From a virus (Duplodnaviria; Caudoviricetes), in the IMG/VR virus record IMGVR_UViG_3300021400_001341, positions 1 to 64,000 of that record: DNA of 64,000 bases, one strand, 5' to 3'. Under the pieces are notes generated by a model, which worked only from the letters and a program-made list of their open reading frames with translations, was not told the DNA's origin and ran no database searches. This document shows, in pieces, positions 1-10,337 of this stretch. Each line of letters begins with the position of its first letter. Within the stretch, counting starts at the first letter, position 1. Position numbers and translations under genes: made by a program.

Positions 1-210
1 AAGCAGCAGATCGCTGGTCAGCTTGTCATCGAGATGATTCTTGTAGATGACGTTGACATAGCCGGTTCCTCCACAGGTGTAGAGTTTCTGCCAACGCTTT
101 TCCCATTCCGCGTCCTGCTTACCGTCCCGAGATTCCTCGGACAGCAGTATGTACTCGGCAACGTCCCAAAGGTTTACACCTTCGTTAGTAAGAACCTGAA
201 TGTAATCCAT
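1..210 (-). CDS. hypothetical protein, partial (runs off window; MDYIQVLTNEGVNLWDVAEY...)
   Basis: Translated by hand: ATG at 210 with strong RBS GGAGGAG; frame open to position 1. Confidence 0.7.
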   Translation of the reverse strand, partial: MDYIQVLTNEGVNLWDVAEYILLSEESRDGKQDAEWEKRWQKLYTCGGTGYVNVIYKNHLDDKLTSDLLL

Positions 211-230
211 GATCTCTCCTCCTCTTTAGA

Positions 231-263
231 TACAAAAACAGGAGGGGTGTGCTACCCCTCCTG
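231..263 (-). terminator. rho-independent terminator
   Basis: Stem CAGGAGGGGT/ACCCCTCCTG followed by TTTTTG on the minus strand, just after the 283..624 stop. Confidence 0.8.
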
Positions 264-282
264 GTCGAAGTGAACGAGGTGC

Positions 283-624
283 TTAGCGGCAAAGCCACTG
301 AACCATCTCGTGATTGCTGAGACGACCAATAGTAACAACGTCAACGATCTCATCGTCTTCGTAAGAAAGTTCTTCGAAGTCGAAGACCGTAAGGATCACC
401 AGATCCCCGATGTGGGCTTTGTCGGCGTAATAAGCCCAAATGTTTCCTTCGGCGTCGACAACCTCAATTTCGAGGTTTCCAAAGGAAGAAGTCTTGTAAC
501 CGGTGACGACGGCGGCAACCGAGCGGACGGAGTCATCCGCGAGAGCGAGACCAACAGAAGAAACAATCAGGAAAAAGACAACCAGAGCAGAAACGATGAT
601 AGAAACGAACTTACGAGTAGACAT
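283..624 (-). CDS. hypothetical exported/membrane-anchored protein
   Basis: Start reassigned to MSTRKF behind RBS AAGGAGG; N-terminal hydrophobic helix ending in an ALA-D signal-peptide-like site. Confidence 0.75.
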   Translation of the reverse strand: MSTRKFVSIIVSALVVFFLIVSSVGLALADDSVRSVAAVVTGYKTSSFGNLEIEVVDAEGNIWAYYADKAHIGDLVILTVFDFEELSYEDDEIVDVVTIGRLSNHEMVQWLCR

Positions 625-716
625 AGCTACTACCTCCTTGCCTTTCGGCTTATTTTGTTGTGGTTTCCCACGACGGAGCTTACGCTCCGTTTCGACTGCT
701 AACCAAACAGTCATCA

Positions 717-1124
717 TCAGGCGGGATTGACATTCGTTGCGCAACCTGCGCAGTCTTCCATACACCGGAGAAGATCTGCATCAAAGCCGTGCAGTTCACC
801 CTGGTTCGCCATGTCCAGTGCAAACCAGAAGTGCACTTCTTTGTGCATGAACTTCCAGAAAGTTCTTGCATCATCAATGGACATTACGTAATCCAGGCGA
901 CGATTGGCGTCCTCCGGGAACACCATCGTGCCTTTCACAGGATTCAAGCGAACACGGATCTTGCCCGTGCGCTTGTGCTTCCACTGTCCAACCGCATCGG
1001 ACATGGGATCAAACTCCCAAGTCTTGCCGCGACGCCATTCCTCGTCGAACTGGACAGCGTAAGTAGCATCGTCAGCAGCAATTACAAGATTGGCTTTGAC
1101 GATTTCGTTGTAGTACGTGGTCAT
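717..1124 (-). CDS. hypothetical protein
   Basis: 135-aa ORF with RBS AAGGAGG. Confidence 0.75.
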   Translation of the reverse strand: MTTYYNEIVKANLVIAADDATYAVQFDEEWRRGKTWEFDPMSDAVGQWKHKRTGKIRVRLNPVKGTMVFPEDANRRLDYVMSIDDARTFWKFMHKEVHFWFALDMANQGELHGFDADLLRCMEDCAGCATNVNPA

Positions 1125-1600
1125 GTGTGTACCTCCTTCTTGTGCGTGTTTTACGCTGAAAAGATTTTGGAATTTCTCCGAAAATTAACTTTTGTTCTTT
1201 TCCAACTCCCAATTCCAAATCCAATACCCAACATCAGTCCCAACCAAAATCCGATTCCTACTCTCCAACTCCAACTTTCTTTCTTAAGAAACAAATTCAA
1301 TTTACCTTCATCCTTGTTCTAAATCTTTTTTTAACCCTCTTCCTTCTCTACAAATCTCATAACTGAATTGAACATCACTTTCCGAACCCTATCCCTTGAA
1401 AATCAACAAAAAAGAATTCGGTCTTTCCTCTCCGTTTAAACAGAAATAAAAACCAAATCCATAGAAATCAAAGAAAACGATAACCATTTGCACGTCATGA
1501 CGCTCTTTTTGTATCAAAACCATACAAAAGTGAATCGCGTACATTCGAAAACATATATAAGGGAGAGACTATTCTCACAAGGCCGTAGAAGGGAGAGATT

Positions 1601-1810
1601 ATGATGGCTGAACGAGTCGTACCTAAACAGGCATTTGATTGCGAATATATGACCCAATGGAGAAAAGAAGTAAACTTCCTTCAGGAAAAAGGTATTCGCT
1701 TTGTCTACGTCAAGAAGGTTGGCGAATATAAAATTCCTCAGTACAAATACAAAAAGACTCCTGAACTGTTTTTGGCTTTGGCTGAGTTCTACGGAAGTGT
1801 TGACAAATGA
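1601..1810 (+). CDS. small conserved phage protein
   Basis: RBS GGGAG; ATGA overlap with next gene; first gene of the structural operon. Confidence 0.7.
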   Translation: MMAERVVPKQAFDCEYMTQWRKEVNFLQEKGIRFVYVKKVGEYKIPQYKYKKTPELFLALAEFYGSVDK

Positions 1811-2703
1811 GAACCGCCAAACCACGCAAAACAGCAAAAGCTCCTCCTGCCACAAGGTTATGTCTGAAATGCAATCAGGTTAAACGCCTTACTGATTTTT
1901 ACACCAATCGTGACTGGATAGACCAGGCAGGAAGAGACATATGGTGCAAGTCGTGTGTCGGCAAATGCAGAACCAAAGACGAGATGAGAGGCTACTTCTG
2001 GGAGAACCACCGTGAGTTTACTGATGAAATCTGGAAAGCGGCCCAGAAGAAAGCTTCGCTTGAAGCGGCTAAGAACGAAAACTATCAAAAGCTTTCTGAA
2101 GACCGGAGAGCTATCATTCTTGATACACTAACCTGTCAGCATGTTCCGTCTGTTATGCAGGGACCGCACACTTACAAATATGTGGACAATTCACAGAATC
2201 CTCAGATTACAACCTATGAGGAAGCTAAAGAGGCTGGGCACATAGTCGAAACAAAAGACCCTAATGTCAAAACTTATTCACACGAATTCAACGGAGACTT
2301 CAAGCCTAGTGAATTGGAGTTTCTTGAAGAATATTATTCCGGTTTGGAGAACGATTTTGAACTGAATGACACATCTTTAAGGGACAACGCTAAGAAATTA
2401 GCCAAAGCGTCTCTTCTTGTGGACAAGGTTCAGAACGACTACATGGCAGGAAGATGTGACTTCTCTGTTGTTAAGGATGCCGTTGCTCAGTTTGACCTGC
2501 TGATGAAAACAGGCAACTTTGCAGCATGTAAACGCAAACCGGGAGAGAAAGGTGGTTTAGGCTCATGGGCTGAGTTAACCATGAAGCTTGAAACTACCGG
2601 TTATCCTTGTACAAGGAAAATTGAATGGCCCAAAGATGATGTCGACAGAACCATTGAAGAGTTCAGGTATATTGTCGAATCGCTTGGGCTGGACACCGTG
2701 TGA
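1807..2703 (+). CDS. Zn-finger protein, putative terminase small subunit (SPbeta YonG-like position)
   Basis: CLKC...WCKSC motif; immediately upstream of terminase large subunit. Confidence 0.55.
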   Translation: MRTAKPRKTAKAPPATRLCLKCNQVKRLTDFYTNRDWIDQAGRDIWCKSCVGKCRTKDEMRGYFWENHREFTDEIWKAAQKKASLEAAKNENYQKLSEDRRAIILDTLTCQHVPSVMQGPHTYKYVDNSQNPQITTYEEAKEAGHIVETKDPNVKTYSHEFNGDFKPSELEFLEEYYSGLENDFELNDTSLRDNAKKLAKASLLVDKVQNDYMAGRCDFSVVKDAVAQFDLLMKTGNFAACKRKPGEKGGLGSWAELTMKLETTGYPCTRKIEWPKDDVDRTIEEFRYIVESLGLDTV

Positions 2704-2713
2704 GGTGATTTGA

Positions 2714-4360
2714 ATGATCATTCGACCCGGTGTCATCACAAACTGGAAAGCCGCAGAGGAACAAATCATCTTCTACAGAACTCATCTTGATGTTTTCATT
2801 GAAGATGCCTTTTCCCCAATCAAGTTGACCAGAGCACAGCATGTAATCATGCGGGAGTTCGGCAACTGCATTGACTCAAAAGACACTTGTTCCCGTGGTT
2901 TTGGTAAAACATGGCTTGCGATTCTTGGAGCAAGCGCTATCTGCGTTCTTTACCCGGGAACCAATGTTCTTGTTGTTTCTGCTACGGCCAAACAAGCAAC
3001 TTTGGCCTTGCAGAAACTGAAGCAATTGGCCGACCAGAACCAGAATATTGCGAACGAGATTTCCGCTACCAATGCCCGTACTTTGGTGCAGGTGGCGAAA
3101 GACTCTTCAAAGTGTTCTTTCAAAAATGGAAGCGTAATTGAGTCTGTGGCTCTGGAAAGCGCCAGAGGACGTCGTGCCAAGATTGTCATTGTTGACGAGG
3201 CACTCGATGTCGATCAGGAGATGCTTGAATCCATTATCGCCCCTACCCGTAATGAGACCCGTTACAACTGCAGGGCGTATGGGTTTAAGGACTTCCCTTC
3301 CAAGACCATGACCATTACTTCCGCTTGCGAAAAAAGTAATCAGTACTACGCCAATTTTCTTGCAGACGTAAGAAGAATGGCCACAGGAGATAAAACCGTA
3401 TTTGCCTGCTCTCTGGATTACAGAGCGGCAGCGGCAAACGGAATTACCGATATGGACTTTTTCCTCAAAGAAAAAGAACGTATGCCTGATTTGGTGTTCC
3501 AGATGGAATATGGCTCCAAATTTGTTGGATCGAATTCCAACTCAGCTTTTCCGTATGAGCTTGTCCAAACGTGTAGAACGTTGGATAAGATCGAGATGGA
3601 ACAGCCGAAGAATTCCAAATCGAGATATGTCCTTGCTTTGGATATAGCTACTTCTGAAGCAAAGAATGCCGATAACAGTATCATTACTGTAATTAAGTTT
3701 ACAGAACGGTCTGACGGTACTTTTTCCAAGAAGCTGGTCCATATCAGAAGCTTTCATGGAAAGACTCTCGATATTCTCGCAGAAGAATTAAGAAAGCTTT
3801 GCCATATCAAATTTCCGAACGCGGAGAAAATCGTATACGACGCCAGAGGTCTTGGAGACAGCCTGGACCGATTCTTCGATAAAGAATGGGTTGATCCGAT
3901 TTCCGGCAGGGAATTCCCGCCTCTCGTTGTGGACGACGCTCCGATAACAAATCTTGAAGCTAAGGCTGTACTGCATCCTTTCAGGGCTGTCAATCAGCTG
4001 AACCAGAGAATCTATACCAATCTTCGCGTAGCTATAGAGAAGCGCACTATTGAGCTTCCTATGAACTACAGAACAATTCAGCAGAAACAGTCTGAGATTG
4101 ACGATATCTCCAAGCGAATGACGATGGAAGAGATCGCCAACTTTATCGAGACTGACGCTTTGCAGTTCGAGATGGGCAATATAGTTGCGAAACCCGGGGC
4201 AAACGGAAACATTCTTTACGATGTACCAAGAGCGAACATGCATAAGGACAGATATTCGTCCTTGGCTATGGGTAACGACTATATTTGCGAACTTGAAAAA
4301 GAAAACGTCAAACGATTTAAACGCGGGCCTGTTTGCATAGGTGTAGTCAGCGGATTCTAA
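2714..4360 (+). CDS. terL: terminase large subunit
   Basis: Walker A SRGFGKTW, Walker B IVIVDEA, RNase H-like nuclease LALDIA...D, YDARGLG and KDRYSS motifs. Confidence 0.93.
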   Translation: MIIRPGVITNWKAAEEQIIFYRTHLDVFIEDAFSPIKLTRAQHVIMREFGNCIDSKDTCSRGFGKTWLAILGASAICVLYPGTNVLVVSATAKQATLALQKLKQLADQNQNIANEISATNARTLVQVAKDSSKCSFKNGSVIESVALESARGRRAKIVIVDEALDVDQEMLESIIAPTRNETRYNCRAYGFKDFPSKTMTITSACEKSNQYYANFLADVRRMATGDKTVFACSLDYRAAAANGITDMDFFLKEKERMPDLVFQMEYGSKFVGSNSNSAFPYELVQTCRTLDKIEMEQPKNSKSRYVLALDIATSEAKNADNSIITVIKFTERSDGTFSKKLVHIRSFHGKTLDILAEELRKLCHIKFPNAEKIVYDARGLGDSLDRFFDKEWVDPISGREFPPLVVDDAPITNLEAKAVLHPFRAVNQLNQRIYTNLRVAIEKRTIELPMNYRTIQQKQSEIDDISKRMTMEEIANFIETDALQFEMGNIVAKPGANGNILYDVPRANMHKDRYSSLAMGNDYICELEKENVKRFKRGPVCIGVVSGF

Positions 4361-4381
4361 AAAGAAAGGTCGGGATGCCCA

Positions 4382-5947
4382 ATGGGTTTCTTCGATAGGT
4401 TCTTCAGAAGAACCACAACCGTGGTAGCGTCTCGTCCTGAGAAGAAAGACGTTTTTGTGGGGGCGTCAAACGACCGAGACGAACAAGCTATTCAAAGTTT
4501 CAGTAATGCTAATATTACTTTTTCCGGCGAACTGTCTGGTTATGACTATGGTTCCATTTTGAGAAATAAACAGGACAACATTCAAAGTCTGTACCAGCTC
4601 GCCGATTATTACTCTGATGCTGATCCAATTATTCGGGGCATAATAAAGCATGTATACGTTCCTTTCTCAACGTGCTCGCCGTGGTATTTAACCGGAGCCA
4701 AGAAAAAGACCTATGCTCTTTACGAGGAACAATACAAGCGTATGCGGCTCAGAGAAAAGATCGAAGGCATTATGCTTGAGATCTGGAAGTACAGTAATGT
4801 ATGTGTCTATCTTATGGACGGCAACATCATTACTCTTCCGGTCAACAAGTGGAGGATCGGTAATGTAACACTTAACGGTCAGCCAATTGTTGACTTTGAC
4901 TGTCAGTCCATTCTCAATGAGTGGCGCACTAAATCATACGACGTCAAAGAGAACTGGATTAAAGATAATCAGCTGGAAACTTATTTTAAAGGTTATCCAA
5001 AAGAAATTCAGGAAGCGCTCAACAAAGGTACCCAATATGCTCAACTTAATCCGGAAAATACGTTCGTTTTCCAGACGGCGAAAGAAAGCTGGCACAGGTA
5101 TGCCATTCCGTTTATTGCTTCCTGTCTTTCTGCTTTAGCAAAAAAAGAGCTGATCTCCAAATATGAAGACGCAACTCTTAACCTTGCTATCAGAAGTTTT
5201 GTTCATGTTCGTTATGGCGATGAAAAACAGAACGCCGATATTCTTCCCGATGAAACCGAATTAAGACAGGTTCGTAAGTTATTTCAGCAAGGCATGAGTG
5301 GGTTTCCGCTTGTTACCACAAACTATCTGGCCAAAGCAGAAGTTATTCAGCCTGATTTGAACGATTTGTTCCAATGGGACAAATACAAACAAGTGAATAA
5401 CGATATTCTGTCTGCCGGCGGCGTAAGCGGAGTTATTGTGTCTGGCGTGTCGGAAGACGGCTCCACTTTTGCTTCTGCCCAGGTTTCCATGGAAACTGTA
5501 GAAGCACGAATCAATGCCGTCAGAGACGAGTTCTGTGAAATGATGACACAGATCAACGCCAGACTCACAGAGTTTATGGACGGAACATACAACTTAAAAG
5601 ATGTTCCTGAATTCCATTTTGCTCCTCTTTCCATGGAAGGTAAAAAGGCTCTGAGAGAAAAATGCAGCGAGCTTTGGCAGAACGGCGTAGTGTCTACTCA
5701 GACAATGATGGAAGCCAACGGTTATTCCATTGACCGCGAGAAAGAACGCCGTGAGCAGGAACTGAAAGACGGAACCGACAAGACTTTTACCCCTCGTGCA
5801 ACAAAAGCTGCAACATCAGATTCAGAACAAAAACAAGGACGTCCAGAGTTGGACGACTCAGAGAGGACAAGTGACCCGGACGCTGCTCAGAGAGGCAAGC
5901 AGCCGAAGCCGTCCTCACCTGAAGGATCAATGGACGAATCCACATGA
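4382..5947 (+). CDS. portal protein
   Basis: 521 aa directly after TerL; MGFFDRFF N-terminus; C-terminal GRP motif in charged tail. Confidence 0.85.
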   Translation: MGFFDRFFRRTTTVVASRPEKKDVFVGASNDRDEQAIQSFSNANITFSGELSGYDYGSILRNKQDNIQSLYQLADYYSDADPIIRGIIKHVYVPFSTCSPWYLTGAKKKTYALYEEQYKRMRLREKIEGIMLEIWKYSNVCVYLMDGNIITLPVNKWRIGNVTLNGQPIVDFDCQSILNEWRTKSYDVKENWIKDNQLETYFKGYPKEIQEALNKGTQYAQLNPENTFVFQTAKESWHRYAIPFIASCLSALAKKELISKYEDATLNLAIRSFVHVRYGDEKQNADILPDETELRQVRKLFQQGMSGFPLVTTNYLAKAEVIQPDLNDLFQWDKYKQVNNDILSAGGVSGVIVSGVSEDGSTFASAQVSMETVEARINAVRDEFCEMMTQINARLTEFMDGTYNLKDVPEFHFAPLSMEGKKALREKCSELWQNGVVSTQTMMEANGYSIDREKERREQELKDGTDKTFTPRATKAATSDSEQKQGRPELDDSERTSDPDAAQRGKQPKPSSPEGSMDEST

Positions 5948-6183
5948 CGTCGTCGGGCGTCGATAAATAAGTCGGCTTTAATGTTTATGGTCATCAACAA
6001 ACCAAGGCTGCCGCTGCCTTTAAAGCGAGATTTTTGCCGGGCAGTTTTATACGTAAGTCCCGGCTTTATTTCAATAGAACAACAAAATATCTCCATCCTT
6101 TGGGATGTTGATATAGATTCGCTTCTTATTTGTCCTTTGTCTCCTACCACTGGATAAACAAGAGCAGAAGAGGGAGATCCAAG

Positions 6184-7494
6184 ATGAATAAGCATATTTG
6201 CTTTGCTTCTGTCATCTCCGAAATTCAACAGTCTGATATTTTCATGACTGTGAAGACTCGCATCTTCGAAACGCCGAAAGCGAATCTTAACGGCGTGCGG
6301 GTTACTCCCGCGTTTCTTGATGAGATCGTGGAGAACTCTGAGAAGTATGTGAGTTTGCCGCTCTATGCCGATATCCGTGCTTTAAAGAGCGGAAACTATA
6401 ATCGCCTTGGTCATCTGTATGACGCACGCACAGGCGAGTTTCATTCGACGCAAATCGGATCTTTCTATCAGTTTGAAAAAGAAGACTTTGAATGTGGCAG
6501 TTATCTGATTGGTTATGCAAGAATCCCGAAACGTGACAAAAAGCTAAGTAAGGCAATTGCAGAACTTTTTGCGGACGACAGCTTGAAAGTGTCTTTCGAA
6601 ATCGCCTGCGGCGATTGTGAAGAACTGGAAGACGGAACTACTCTGATCGACGCGTCGGAAAACAACTATTTGGAAGGTACAGCCATTGTAACCTTCCCTG
6701 CTTGCGAAGACGCTGTTGCGCTTGAGTTTGTCGCACAACGAAAAGCAGATGACACCAGAAAGGGTGATGAAGAAATGGCAGAAGTCGAAAAGCTCGTGGC
6801 CGAAGAGACTGAAGCCACGGAGCCCGCTGTTGCGGAAGAGGCGGCAAAAGCCGTCGAAACTGCGGAATCTGAAAAAGCTGAAGAAGCTGTTGAAGAAACT
6901 GCGGAAGAAGAATCTGCTGCCTGCAAGAAAGACAAGGAAAACGCTGAAGTCTATGTTCGTGAAGTTTCCGTTGAAGAACATCGTACATATGCTTACGACA
7001 GCGAGACCGGCAAAGACGTGTCTCAAACCGTAACTATCGAAACTTCAGTAGGTCAGCCTATTGAAGGCAATCTTGTCGAAGAAGCTGACGGCAGCATCCA
7101 GATTGCAGAAGGCGACGGCGATACATCAGGCGAAACGCCTACAGAAACGCCTACAGAAACGTCCCCTACATCTGGAACAGAAGAGTCCGGCGAGACCGGA
7201 ACCGAAGACCCTACCAACGAACAGGGTACGGACGATCCCGCTGCCGACGAAGATCTTCCTGTTGTTGAAGACACGAAGAAAAAGACTGCTGAAGAGTTAA
7301 TTGCCGAACTGGCTGAAACTGTCAGCATTCTGAAAGCAGAGATTGAAACTCTCAAAGAGCGGAAAACTCTGACCGCTTCTGCTGAAAAGCTGGAGCTTAA
7401 TCCTTTTATTGGCAGTATCAATACTGAGAAGAAATATGGCCTGCTTGAGAAAGCAGAGCCCAATACCACATATTCTCTGCTTGAGAAGGCCTAA
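6184..7494 (+). CDS. prohead protease / scaffold protein
   Basis: Start MNKHIC behind RBS GGGAG; N-terminal ANLNG..., GHL, VSFEI, PACEDA protease-like motifs; long acidic C-terminal scaffold; lies between portal and capsid. Confidence 0.75.
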   Translation: MNKHICFASVISEIQQSDIFMTVKTRIFETPKANLNGVRVTPAFLDEIVENSEKYVSLPLYADIRALKSGNYNRLGHLYDARTGEFHSTQIGSFYQFEKEDFECGSYLIGYARIPKRDKKLSKAIAELFADDSLKVSFEIACGDCEELEDGTTLIDASENNYLEGTAIVTFPACEDAVALEFVAQRKADDTRKGDEEMAEVEKLVAEETEATEPAVAEEAAKAVETAESEKAEEAVEETAEEESAACKKDKENAEVYVREVSVEEHRTYAYDSETGKDVSQTVTIETSVGQPIEGNLVEEADGSIQIAEGDGDTSGETPTETPTETSPTSGTEESGETGTEDPTNEQGTDDPAADEDLPVVEDTKKKTAEELIAELAETVSILKAEIETLKERKTLTASAEKLELNPFIGSINTEKKYGLLEKAEPNTTYSLLEKA

Positions 7495-7520
7495 AATCTT
7501 ACCGAAAGGAATGACTTACC

Positions 7521-7949
7521 ATGGCTGGATACATGAGCAAGCTTCAAGGCTACGTGTATGAAGGCGAGCTGGTAAATGGCGCTTCCGGTGCTGTTGAAAA
7601 TGGTCTCCTGATGGTTCAGGGAACCAGCACCGACGCTGGCAAGCTGGTTCTGCCCAGTGCCGATACCACTACCAAGCTCATTTGTAAGGAAGTCACCACC
7701 ATCTATGATGGCGTGACTGCTTATCGTTTTATTGTTGACAAGCTCAATGCCCGTTACTATTTCGTCGAGAACGGCTTTGACATCAACGATTCCGCCGCTT
7801 ATGACAAGCGGACTTACGCTACTGCTGTCGGCGATGAGCTCCGCGCCCATCCCCTGCTGGTTGGCGAAGAGTTCGTGACCGACAAAGTGACTGGCACGCC
7901 CGCTGTTGGCACCGCATATGGTGTCAAGGCTGACGGCACGGTCGGTTAA
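7521..7949 (+). CDS. head decoration protein
   Basis: 142-aa Gly/Thr/Val-rich protein (VENG, L.VGEEF) just before the capsid gene, with the same high-expression codon bias. Confidence 0.65.
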   Translation: MAGYMSKLQGYVYEGELVNGASGAVENGLLMVQGTSTDAGKLVLPSADTTTKLICKEVTTIYDGVTAYRFIVDKLNARYYFVENGFDINDSAAYDKRTYATAVGDELRAHPLLVGEEFVTDKVTGTPAVGTAYGVKADGTVG

Positions 7950-7964
7950 TGGAGGTGCACGAAC

Positions 7965-8960
7965 ATGGCTGATATTAAAGTTACCCGCGATAGCAAACTG
8001 ATTAAAGTGCTCGCGGCACAGGCCCGTAACGAACGGGTCGAATCTGACAAGGTCGAAGAGGCCGCTCAGATCATCAATGTTCTGGCTCAGGATCTGAATC
8101 CCCAGAACGCTCATGAAATCGCCCAGATCGTGGCTTACACGGTGGACGAGCTTCAGGCAAAGTCTCTGGATTTCCTCGGGCTGGTTGCTGATACCAAGAA
8201 TATTGGCTACGGCGACAAGGCTGCTTTCAAAGTTCGGACTGGCGGCATCAAGGCCTATATTCAGGCCAAGGGCGCTACCACCGCTCGCAGTTATGTTGCG
8301 GACAGCCAGATTCTGGTTGACACCAAGGAAATCTCTGCTCGTCCTGCGATCAACATTGTTGACCTGCGTGCCGGCCGTGTGAACATGGCCGACCTGATCC
8401 GTCAGGCCAACGCCGCTATGACCAACAAGAAGCTGGTTCTGATCGAGTCTGTCCTGCATGATGCGATTGACAACTTCGGCTCTCCTTTCTACGGCACCGG
8501 TACTGGTATCGTGAAGGCGACTCTGGATGCTCAGCTGAACTACTTCCGTCGGCTCGGTCCTGTCACCATTCTTGGCGACAATGCGGCTGTTGCCCAGCTG
8601 GCTCCTCTGACTGGCATGGCAATCAATGCTAATACCACTCAGTTCTCTGGCAACATGATCGATGAGAATAACAACAATGGCTTCATCGGCAAGTACAACG
8701 CCTGCGATGTTGTGGCCATGACCAACGCTTACGACGAAGGTGCTGTTACGCCTATCCTGGCTGAAGATTGGCTGTACATTCTGCCCGGCGGTGTGAGTGC
8801 TGACATGCGCAACCTGAAGGTTGTCAACGAAGGCCCCGTGAATGCGATGCCTTCTCAAAATATCGACGACATGGTTTACGAAGTGCGTCTGGATCAGTGG
8901 TTCGGCGCTGCGTTCGTCGTCGGCCAGAAGCCCAACATCGGAGCCTATTGCATTGGATAA
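7965..8960 (+). CDS. major capsid protein
   Basis: 331 aa; position; strong C-ending codon bias; RBS GGAGG; followed by a hairpin. Confidence 0.85.
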   Translation: MADIKVTRDSKLIKVLAAQARNERVESDKVEEAAQIINVLAQDLNPQNAHEIAQIVAYTVDELQAKSLDFLGLVADTKNIGYGDKAAFKVRTGGIKAYIQAKGATTARSYVADSQILVDTKEISARPAINIVDLRAGRVNMADLIRQANAAMTNKKLVLIESVLHDAIDNFGSPFYGTGTGIVKATLDAQLNYFRRLGPVTILGDNAAVAQLAPLTGMAINANTTQFSGNMIDENNNNGFIGKYNACDVVAMTNAYDEGAVTPILAEDWLYILPGGVSADMRNLKVVNEGPVNAMPSQNIDDMVYEVRLDQWFGAAFVVGQKPNIGAYCIG

Positions 8961-8994
8961 TGCATGCTCCATGGGACACAATGTTCCAAATATC

Positions 8995-9033
8995 GGGAGG
9001 GAGAGGCTTAATGCCTCTCTCTCCCTGACTTTC
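8995..9033 (+). terminator. hairpin/terminator after capsid gene
   Basis: Stem GGGAGGGAGAGGC/GCCTCTCTCTCCC with weak U-tail. Confidence 0.6.
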
Positions 9034-9052
9034 ATAGAAAGGGAAAAGGAAA

Positions 9053-9505
9053 ATGGACGGAGAGAAAAAGATTCGCGTATACAATCGGTGTAAATATGAC
9101 ATCGGTGTAACGCTTACGTCTGGACAGCAGCCTAACATTAAGGCAGGAAGCTTCCAGATGTTATCTGTTAATGACATCTTTTACATTGAAAGCATTTGCC
9201 AGAAGAGGAAGTATTTCTCTTCAAGAATGCTTGTTCCGGTATCCGACGACGGTAAAGATCTTTCTTTGGAGGATCTTGGCGGATATTCCGACGAGAATTC
9301 TGCTCCTCACATGAATGACGACGAAATCACTTCCGGGCTGAAAAAGCCTCTGAAAGCCTTTGAAGCTTGGCTTAATAAGATTGACGATCCCGAAGAACTT
9401 CACGCTGTTTATATGATCGCCAAGACAATGGATCTTCCTGCGAGTAAGTTGAAGATTCTGAAAACCAAGGCTCCGAATAAAGATTGGCTTGGAGAGGACG
9501 ACTAA
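9053..9505 (+). CDS. hypothetical virion-associated protein
   Basis: 150-aa ORF with RBS, position after capsid. Confidence 0.65.
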   Translation: MDGEKKIRVYNRCKYDIGVTLTSGQQPNIKAGSFQMLSVNDIFYIESICQKRKYFSSRMLVPVSDDGKDLSLEDLGGYSDENSAPHMNDDEITSGLKKPLKAFEAWLNKIDDPEELHAVYMIAKTMDLPASKLKILKTKAPNKDWLGEDD

Positions 9506-9523
9506 TTAAAGGAGTCGGTTGAT

Positions 9524-9958
9524 ATGCTAAATATCACAGAAATGGCGAACGAACTGCGGGAACTTACAGCCTGGCAGGACACGCCCCAACCGCTATTAGC
9601 GGAAGATTATATCAGAATCGTACAACGGGCCGTTCGCGATTTTTTCGTGGATATCAACCGTGCTTCCGAATTCAGCAAGGATAAATATATAACTGAGACG
9701 GTCGATGAAAATGAGATTATTTTCTATGATCGTGAGTTTCTCGCTGATGAAGAAGTTTACATTCTGATTCTTTGTAAAATTGAATTCTTTCAAAGAGTGC
9801 AAACAGATGTAAACAACGCGTTTGGTTATACAACAAATGCTTTAACGGTTACAAACGCAGATAAGCCTTATAAGAATTTGGCTGAAACGTTAAATGGTTT
9901 GTACAACGAAAGACGCATTAAGTTCAACAAAATGGTTCGCTATACACTTGGGGAATAA
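9524..9958 (+). CDS. putative head-tail connector (adaptor)
   Basis: Helical 144-aa protein at the connector position. Confidence 0.55.
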   Translation: MLNITEMANELRELTAWQDTPQPLLAEDYIRIVQRAVRDFFVDINRASEFSKDKYITETVDENEIIFYDREFLADEEVYILILCKIEFFQRVQTDVNNAFGYTTNALTVTNADKPYKNLAETLNGLYNERRIKFNKMVRYTLGE

Positions 9959-9980
9959 AGGCGAAAGGTGAACAAAGATT

Positions 9981-10322
9981 ATGAGTGATTTTACTGTAAA
10001 GATTGAATATAAAAATCAGAATCTAGAAACTGTAATTGAGAAAGAATATGAATTTTCTCAATATACAGATCTTCTGAATCTTGAGCTTATGCGAATAATC
10101 ACGGAAACGGAGGATGCGTTCTACTATCTTACAGGCAAACAAAAAGACGAATGGGATAGTGAAACTAAGTCCAGGTTTCAGCATATCCGGCATAAACTTC
10201 TGGATCAGGCAAATGCGATTAAGCGTCTTCCTCAGACGTTATCTTATCGTGGAATTTCCGCTGGATCTATAAGCTTTAGCGAAGTTATCGCAAAGGACAT
10301 TAACAGCGGTTTAATTAAATAA
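9981..10322 (+). CDS. hypothetical protein
   Basis: 113-aa ORF with RBS AAAGGTG. Confidence 0.65.
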   Translation: MSDFTVKIEYKNQNLETVIEKEYEFSQYTDLLNLELMRIITETEDAFYYLTGKQKDEWDSETKSRFQHIRHKLLDQANAIKRLPQTLSYRGISAGSISFSEVIAKDINSGLIK

Positions 10323-10337
10323 AAAGGAGGCGGTCGT

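Noticed and set aside
660-1322. 220-aa plus-strand ORF
   Set aside because: Antisense to the RBS-supported 717..1124 gene; its tail is translated low-complexity intergenic DNA
1488-1517. Sigma-A promoter TTGCAC-N18-TATCAA upstream of the late operon
   Set aside because: Weak -10 and non-optimal spacing; not distinguishable from chance in AT-rich DNA
7491-9035. 514-aa antisense ORF over the decoration and capsid genes (also 12170..13015 over the tail tube)
   Set aside because: Shadow ORFs caused by strong codon bias of highly expressed genes; no RBS or motifs
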